Assembly (NCBI GenBank): GCA_965285935.1 | Contig: OZ260667.1 | Coordinates: forward strand, 14,942,001-15,006,000 | Reading direction: 5' to 3' | DNA from: Ophelia neglecta | Lineage: Eukaryota | Length of the DNA: 64,000 nucleotides | In this document: piece after piece, positions 57,776 through 64,000 of the stretch | Position numbering within the stretch: the first letter of the stretch is position 1 | Layout: each line of letters begins with the position of its first letter | Position numbers and translations under genes: made by a program | The notes under the pieces: model-generated | Told to the model about the DNA's origin: nothing | What the model saw: only the letters and a program-made list of their open reading frames with translations | The model's database searches: none

Positions 57776-60239
57776 TTTGTGACTGGTTGTTGTACACAGT
57801 CCCTGGAGGGATTCACTTCCTGACTACCTCTGAAAAGATAAATACTCCAATATTTACTATCATGGTCCATCAATAATAATTTCCTAGATGACACATAGTC
57901 TACTTACACATTATACATTACACATTTTGATAGGTAAATATATCATAAAATCATACTTTGGAAATCACAAGATTCACAATCATGAAGGTACAATAATACA
58001 GGCCAGTTCAACAAATACACCTATGTGATATGCTAAGCTACAAAAACACAATCTTTATGGACAGCAAACAAATACTTGCTAAATACACAATACATTTAAA
58101 ATACACATCTAGGGCAGTAAAATCAAAGTGCTTGTTACAATTCAAATAATATACACAAACAGGAATTATGCTTGTTTCTGGAAAATACCTTTTTAAAGGT
58201 GTTCTAACTGCCACCATTGGCAACCATGAATGTGGCCTCAGTAAGGTAACATACTAGAATTCCCCAGCCATGACATGTACATTTGGCAATATTCCTATAT
58301 TGTTAATTCAATACCCTTGACTACTTTATCATATCTATTGAGATACTTGCCAAGTTCTTTTCTAAACATATGTCATGTAGAAAAAATTTGATCATTGTGT
58401 CCTTCTGACTAGGATAGGGGAAGGACAATTATCATATTTAATATTAAACCATTCACATTTTTAAAAACCCTTTAGCTTATTGACTAGATCAATGAATATA
58501 AATGCCAAGATTTACAGAGTATTACTGGTACCGCTAGTGTCAAAGTGTCAACATGACTCACACATCTTGCATACTGTTAATTTAGGTGAATATGACGAAG
58601 GTTTTTACCCTGGCATTTAGGGGTCAGATTAGTTTAAAGTATTTAAGTTGGTTTAATCCGGCATTTGGTAAACAAGCTGCGCATTTAAACAAATCACACT
58701 GCCTAGAACATCTTCATTGGGCACCACAGATACTCCGCCTGAACGTACTTTATCAAAACATACAGGCACCAATGAATACAGTCACTTTTTTTATGTAAAT
58801 ATTTTGCAATAGTAATCTTTTGATGCTTCACCAATTCCTTTTAATAATAGTTATGAAGTTCTAGTTTATCATATTGTATACTTATCAACCATGGAGTAGA
58901 TTATCTAGTACGCTATCGGGGCTGAGAGCAAGGGGTATATCTGCAAATGTGTGCAATTGTTGATTGGCAAACATGCTAAGTAATAACAGTTTTTTTAAAG
59001 TATGCCTCGTACATATAAGATGTGTATTAATTCTCTTTAGCATTATGTTTAGGGCAAAGGCAATACTTACAATTAAGATACCCTGTAGCCTACATGTTAT
59101 CTCGGGGAAATGAAACATCTGACAAAAATATATCAATCAAAAAGGTGTGTCAGGAGGGATCCTGCTCCGTGAGTATTGACATTGCCAATATGATAATTAA
59201 TGACAAAATGCTATTTTAATCGGGGTCTAACATAATCGAACCACCAAAACTACATTTCTGGTGACAGAATGACATAGAATGTTTCCTCTTTTACAGGCAT
59301 TTGCCAAATATGCACTTGGTCACAAAGTCTGTGTACTTCCTGTGTACTTCCTGGTGTACTTTTGTACAAGTAACCATCAATCATGATGTTGAACTTTGCA
59401 CCAAACAGAGGCAAACAGCAAAATCATACTCAGCATTATTGCCTTCTATTTGTTATTTACACCAAAGTGAATATTCATCAAGTTCATCCAACAAATAGAC
59501 AGTGAATTTTTATCCAATCTGATATGATAAACTAAGCTCAATATAGCAGCTTAGCATATCTGAAAGCATGTATATGATACATGGAGTCAACATTCTTATT
59601 AAAAGTATTTTTCACCTAGCTTCTTTCCTTAGGAAATCAGACCATAAACAGCTGGTAAATATGAGCACTTGAAATTTTTTTAATGTTCTTGTGACCTTCA
59701 TATTGAAAGTTGATCAATCGTCTTTTTTATTTATCAAAAGGACACTCTACTGGCTACTGGCCAGTTTTTACTTTTGTACCAGCAATTTAGCTGTCTGTCA
59801 CAATGCCTGAAGCAGGCAACTTATTTCAAAAATACATCATAGATTTTGAGGTGAGGGAAAAATGATTATTCGATTATATGATATTGGAGAAATATTCTGC
59901 CCTCAATTTTGATGAATAAATGTTTGTTTTCTATGAATTCATTTTGTTGGGCATTGGGCAGTTGAATGGTAGTAAATAGGGACCCCTTCACAGAGAGCCC
60001 CATCTGCCCTGTGTATTACAGTGCCACCCATTGCCAAAGTGCCAATTACATTACCGTGAATCCCCTTTTAGAAGACTCATCTCTATTAGTAGTTTTATTC
60101 CAGCGTCAGTGATCCATTCAATACCCTTCACCAATTTGTTACTTGGTTTGAATATTCCGGGTCTCCGTGATGATTTATTTACAGTAGTGTCATTGTTGGT
60201 ATTCATTCCCCTATATACATGTATGTATTTACATATAGT

Positions 60240-60421
60240 CTTATCTGATAATAGACGACCCTAGGCTACAGAGTACTTAAACTTTTGTCGATTATATCCA
60301 ATTTAAAGTGCCGTATCAGCCCAAAAGGGCTGGGTGTTTATTTGTATGAGTTGTAAATTGCCTTAAGTTTTGATAACATTGTGTCACTATAATAAAAATT
60401 CAATGAATCAATCAATCAATC
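60240..60421 (+). repeat. Probable nested non-LTR 3' fragment (hairpin, AATAAA, (TCAA)n)
   Basis: cagccc-aaaa-gggctg hairpin, then aataaaaattcaatgaatcaatcaatcaatc. Confidence 0.4.
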
Positions 60422-60977
60422 AGTAGTCGCACTACAAATTCAGTCAAACATATTGACTTTTTTTATAACTGACTTATAAGAAGCAAAAATCCCCATATAA
60501 GACGCATTAATAAAAGCCACCCAAGTGTTAAAATCCGCACAGAATAAACCCACCAATGTTCCAATAAGGTGTTAAAACAGAAGTGCCTTTGAAGTCTGGC
60601 GCTCGGCGCCAGATGCCTGCCCCGATTGCATTTACAAGCCTCGCAGTCCAGGGTCCTATCAAAACTCCTGTCCAAGGGGACAATGCTTCATTGTTTCTTA
60701 TACTCTGCGATTGTTAATTGCAGTATTCTTAATCCTTGGAAACACAATCAGTAAACACAAATACATAAGCATGAAAGGTTGCAGTGGTTTGACATGTCGT
60801 GGCGTGTTAAAATTCGTCTCACACCTTTGCGGCAAAATAGCAATTAAAAAATCACGTATCCTAATAAATTGAGGGCTCGGTCTGAGGCAAATCACTCGTT
60901 TTTGAGATTGTCTACCCACCACGTCGCTGCTTACCACAACTGTTTCACATTAAAAGATTTCCAGTGCTGCCTTTAGG

Positions 60978-62591
60978 ATGCCCGCTGACAGAAGAGCTAG
61001 CTATTCTGTCACCTTCAAGCTGAAGGTTGTCGCCAGGCACGCTGTCACTGGTAATGCCCGTTCCACTGCCAGGGAATTCTGAATCAGTGACAAGCAGGTC
61101 AGGGACTAGGTGAAGAACAATGAAAAGGGAAACGATCAGCCAAGCGATTAGATGGTGCTGGAAAAAAAGTAAAAGATTCCCAGCTTGATGCCATGCTGTC
61201 GGAGTGGGTTGACCTGCAGAGAAAGGAGGGTTTGGCAGTGACCAGTACTATGCTGCAGCTACAGGCTAGGAAGCTCGCGAGCCAGGCAGGTGATACCGAG
61301 TTTAAAGCATCCAACAGATGGTAAGGCCGGTTCAAGACCAGACACGGGCTTAGCACTCGCCAGAAGACATCTCTGGCTCAGCGCCTTCCAAAGGACCACG
61401 AAGACAAGGTAATCTTTCTTTCAATAAAATATATGAATATGATATTTAATGAATATGTATGAATATAATATTCAATGCATCAATATGAATTAAATACCAG
61501 TTCAAGTGCTTATGTCCCACTTATTTGGGGGCTAAATAGTATCCAGTAGTTGAAAAGTTGTAACATCTGCGATCATGTGACTAATTTGCATGCCCTTTAT
61601 ACAAAGGCTGAGATGTTGGCGGGGCAAGTTGCCTTCTAGGTCCCGAGGTATGGGCGGGGCTTATGATCACTGCTAGTAGACCAAAGTACTTATCCTGACT
61701 CCGATCTTCAGCTTAAATAGTTTCTTTTTTCTGTTTCAGATTGTTTCTTTCCAACGTTTGGTAATCAAAATACGCAAGAGGCACAGCTACCCACTAGGGA
61801 ATATCTTTAACATGGACGAGACGCCACTTCAGTTTGACAGCCCTCATACCTGAACCCTGGACAAGAAAGGGTCAGCCACAATCCCTGTACGCACAAACGG
61901 TGCTGACAAACGCGGATTCACAGTAGTGCTGGCCATCGCTGCTGACGGGAGCAATGTCTCGCCAAAGGTGATATTTAAGAGGAAGCGCCCCCTAGGAAAT
62001 TCCTGCAGACAGCCAGGAATCACGGCGACAGTCCAGCCGAAAGGTTGGATGGACGAGGCAGGCTGCCTTGAATGGATCAGGCTGACCTTCTCACTTAACC
62101 AGCCCAGGAAGCTACTCGTGTGGGACTCGATGACAGCCCATCTCACAGACAGTGTGAAGGAGGAACTGAGACGCCGCCACGTGGACCTGGCTGTGATTAC
62201 CGGTGGTCTCACCTCCCTCGTGCAGCCCCTGGACGTTTGCATCAACAAACCGTTCAAGGCCAGGATTAAGGCTGCATGGGTGGAGTGGATGATCACTGGT
62301 GATCACACCTTCACGCCAGCAGGGCATCAGCACTGTCCATCCAAGGACACAATCATCACCTGGATTTGAGATGCCTGAGCCAGCATCCCTTCTGAAATGA
62401 TCCGCAAATCTTTCCTGTAAACGGGTATCACCAATGCCTTAGACGGCACACAAGACGAGGCTGTCTACAAAGAGAGCGAAACTGAGTCCTCCCTAGACTC
62501 TGACAGCGAGCATGAGGCCAGTGATGGTGAACCAGCTCCTTTCGCTGGACTCAGCGACACGGACGACGACGAGGACTTTTGGGGCTTTTAG
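60978..62591 (+). pseudogene. pogo transposase pseudogene (Brinker-like DBD, CENP-B HTH, DDE_1) with one intron at 61409-61739
   Basis: RASYSVTFKLKV, FKASNRW*GRFKTRHGLS, NMDETP, GWMDE, LLVWDS-35aa-QPLDV, acidic tail; several in-frame stops. Confidence 0.92.
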
Positions 62592-63569
62592 ATGTGTGTC
62601 TGTATGAGAAGTGTGGCACTGACAACGAGCCGAAAGACGTATATAGGAAGGCCAGATATGTTAGTATTGAGAGACAGCCTGAAGCTGTTAATTAAGCCTT
62701 CGCCTATTGTATATATCTATCTATGTTTACATATTGATTTGTGTTTCTTTTTCGCTTGCATGTACATTTGATAATACATAGTTTAATATTGTGTCTCTGT
62801 CTTTATTTTGTAATAAAAACGAACAATCATAATGGCGGGAAAAGTAGTACCAACCAGCAGCGATCCCTTACTGGGTAGTTAAAGTAGTACTGTATGTTGA
62901 CTGACTGTACCGGTAGTCCTAGTAGCAGCCGGTTGATGGCTGTTTGAATATTCTACTATAAACTTCCAACAAGATGGCCACCAGGCCTCACTAAACTAAA
63001 ATCATCCACAAGAAAACCTTATTAGAAGTCGCATCCCCTCCACAGACGTGAAATTTATGGTTTTTATAAATCTGAAATCACCAAAAGTCGCGGCTTCTAA
63101 AAGGGGATTCACAGTAGATTATGATGGCCAATTCACACATGACTTTTTCTTCCCAATCACTGCTCTATTACGCCTATTTCTGACTAAGAATAATAATTCT
63201 CCTGCATGTTTCCTTTCCTGCTACTTGCTAGGCCAGTAACTGTAGCCTTTTAATTAAATGTACATGTATACATAAATGTGAATTTCTGAAAGGAAACTTT
63301 GACCTGGGTTTGTTAACCAATAAACTCACTCAGCTCGACGGTCTTTTTTCAGCACTGCACAATGCTCAATCAAATTATTTATTAATAACCGTATATCATT
63401 TAATGAAATTCAGCAAGGACATGTAATAAAAAACCCTCAAATGCCAAATAGTAAGTTAAACCACTTACTTTAATTAAGTAAGTGGATATACACACACCTG
63501 CCATTGCAGTCAATGATTCTGTCCCGGCATGAGAATAAGACACAACTCCTGTTAACCCTTACCCCAACT

Positions 63570-63995
63570 ACCGGAATAACATTGAAAATACCGAAATAAC
63601 CAGGAATAACCTCTAAAAACTATTATTTTTGTGGAAATAACCTCTTTATTATGTGAGGTACTTGTTATATAGTATGTTTAGACCATTTTTAAATCGATAA
63701 AGGCTTTCCCATGACATATTTTTAATTTAACACAATATGATCTATGCCCGGTCGAGTACATCGAAATGGCAGCTATATCACCATCAATTGCTTGGTGGCA
63801 TAGATTTTATGGAGTTAAGTTGAAAATATATGTAATTAGGAAAAGTCTTTATCGATAAAAAAAAAACCGGTCTTAACATACTATATCATCACAACCCAAC
63901 ATAATAAAGAGTTATTTTGACAAAATAAATAGTTTTTATAGCTTATTCCTGGTTATTTCGGTATTTCTATGGCTGGCTGGTGTTTCGCCAGACCA
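63570..63995. mobile_element. Palindromic MITE, uninterrupted relative of the element around tRNA-Phe
   Basis: Arms aaataccgaaataaccaggaataa / ttattcctggttatttcggtattt; core gatctatgcccggtcg..tacatc...ggtggcatag matches 30875-30940; ends ggtgtttcgccagacca as at 31104-31120. Confidence 0.8.
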
Positions 63996-64000
63996 GTGAA

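Larger units (their letters stand above)
60054..63114 (+). mobile_element. pogo-superfamily DNA transposon (DD35D, Passer/POGK-like), full length but decayed
   Basis: TA|CCGTGAATCCCCTTTTAGAAG...CTTCTAAAAGGGGATTCACAG|TA TIRs (20/21) with TA TSD; transposase pseudogene inside. It lies upstream of the first RNF19 coding exon, probably in a 5' intron. Confidence 0.92.

Overview
AT-rich, intron-rich eukaryotic genomic DNA. It is probably from a marine invertebrate (an inference from base composition, intron style and repeat types). I reconstructed three host protein-coding genes by hand: FAF2/UBXD8 (+, 14 coding exons, about 445 aa, 18702-27539), a sphingosine-1-phosphate lyase-like gene (+, 11 coding exons, about 535 aa, 34582-39210, one GC-AG intron) and an RNF19-type RBR E3 ligase (-, 9 coding exons, about 867 aa, 57775-53478). 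There is also an intact tRNA-Phe(GAA). Mobile elements include a decayed DIRS/Ngaro tyrosine-recombinase retrotransposon (about 10-12 kb), an internally deleted Helitron with both termini in the last FAF2 intron, a DD35D pogo/Passer transposon with an intron (60054-63114) and several MITE families. The most unusual object is a very young 10.6-kb Ty3/Gypsy element (42719-53358; 1666-bp LTRs with no differences seen, AGAG TSD) inserted 120 bp after the RNF19 stop codon. It carries an apparently exact second copy of its RT domain as a stand-alone, RNase H-less ORF between the PBS and gag. It also has a truncated integrase C-terminus joined to an unknown third ORF. Also notable: the tRNA-Phe gene lies inside a 1.25-kb segment that splits a long-inverted-repeat element. 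All coordinates come from manual reading; no database searches were run.
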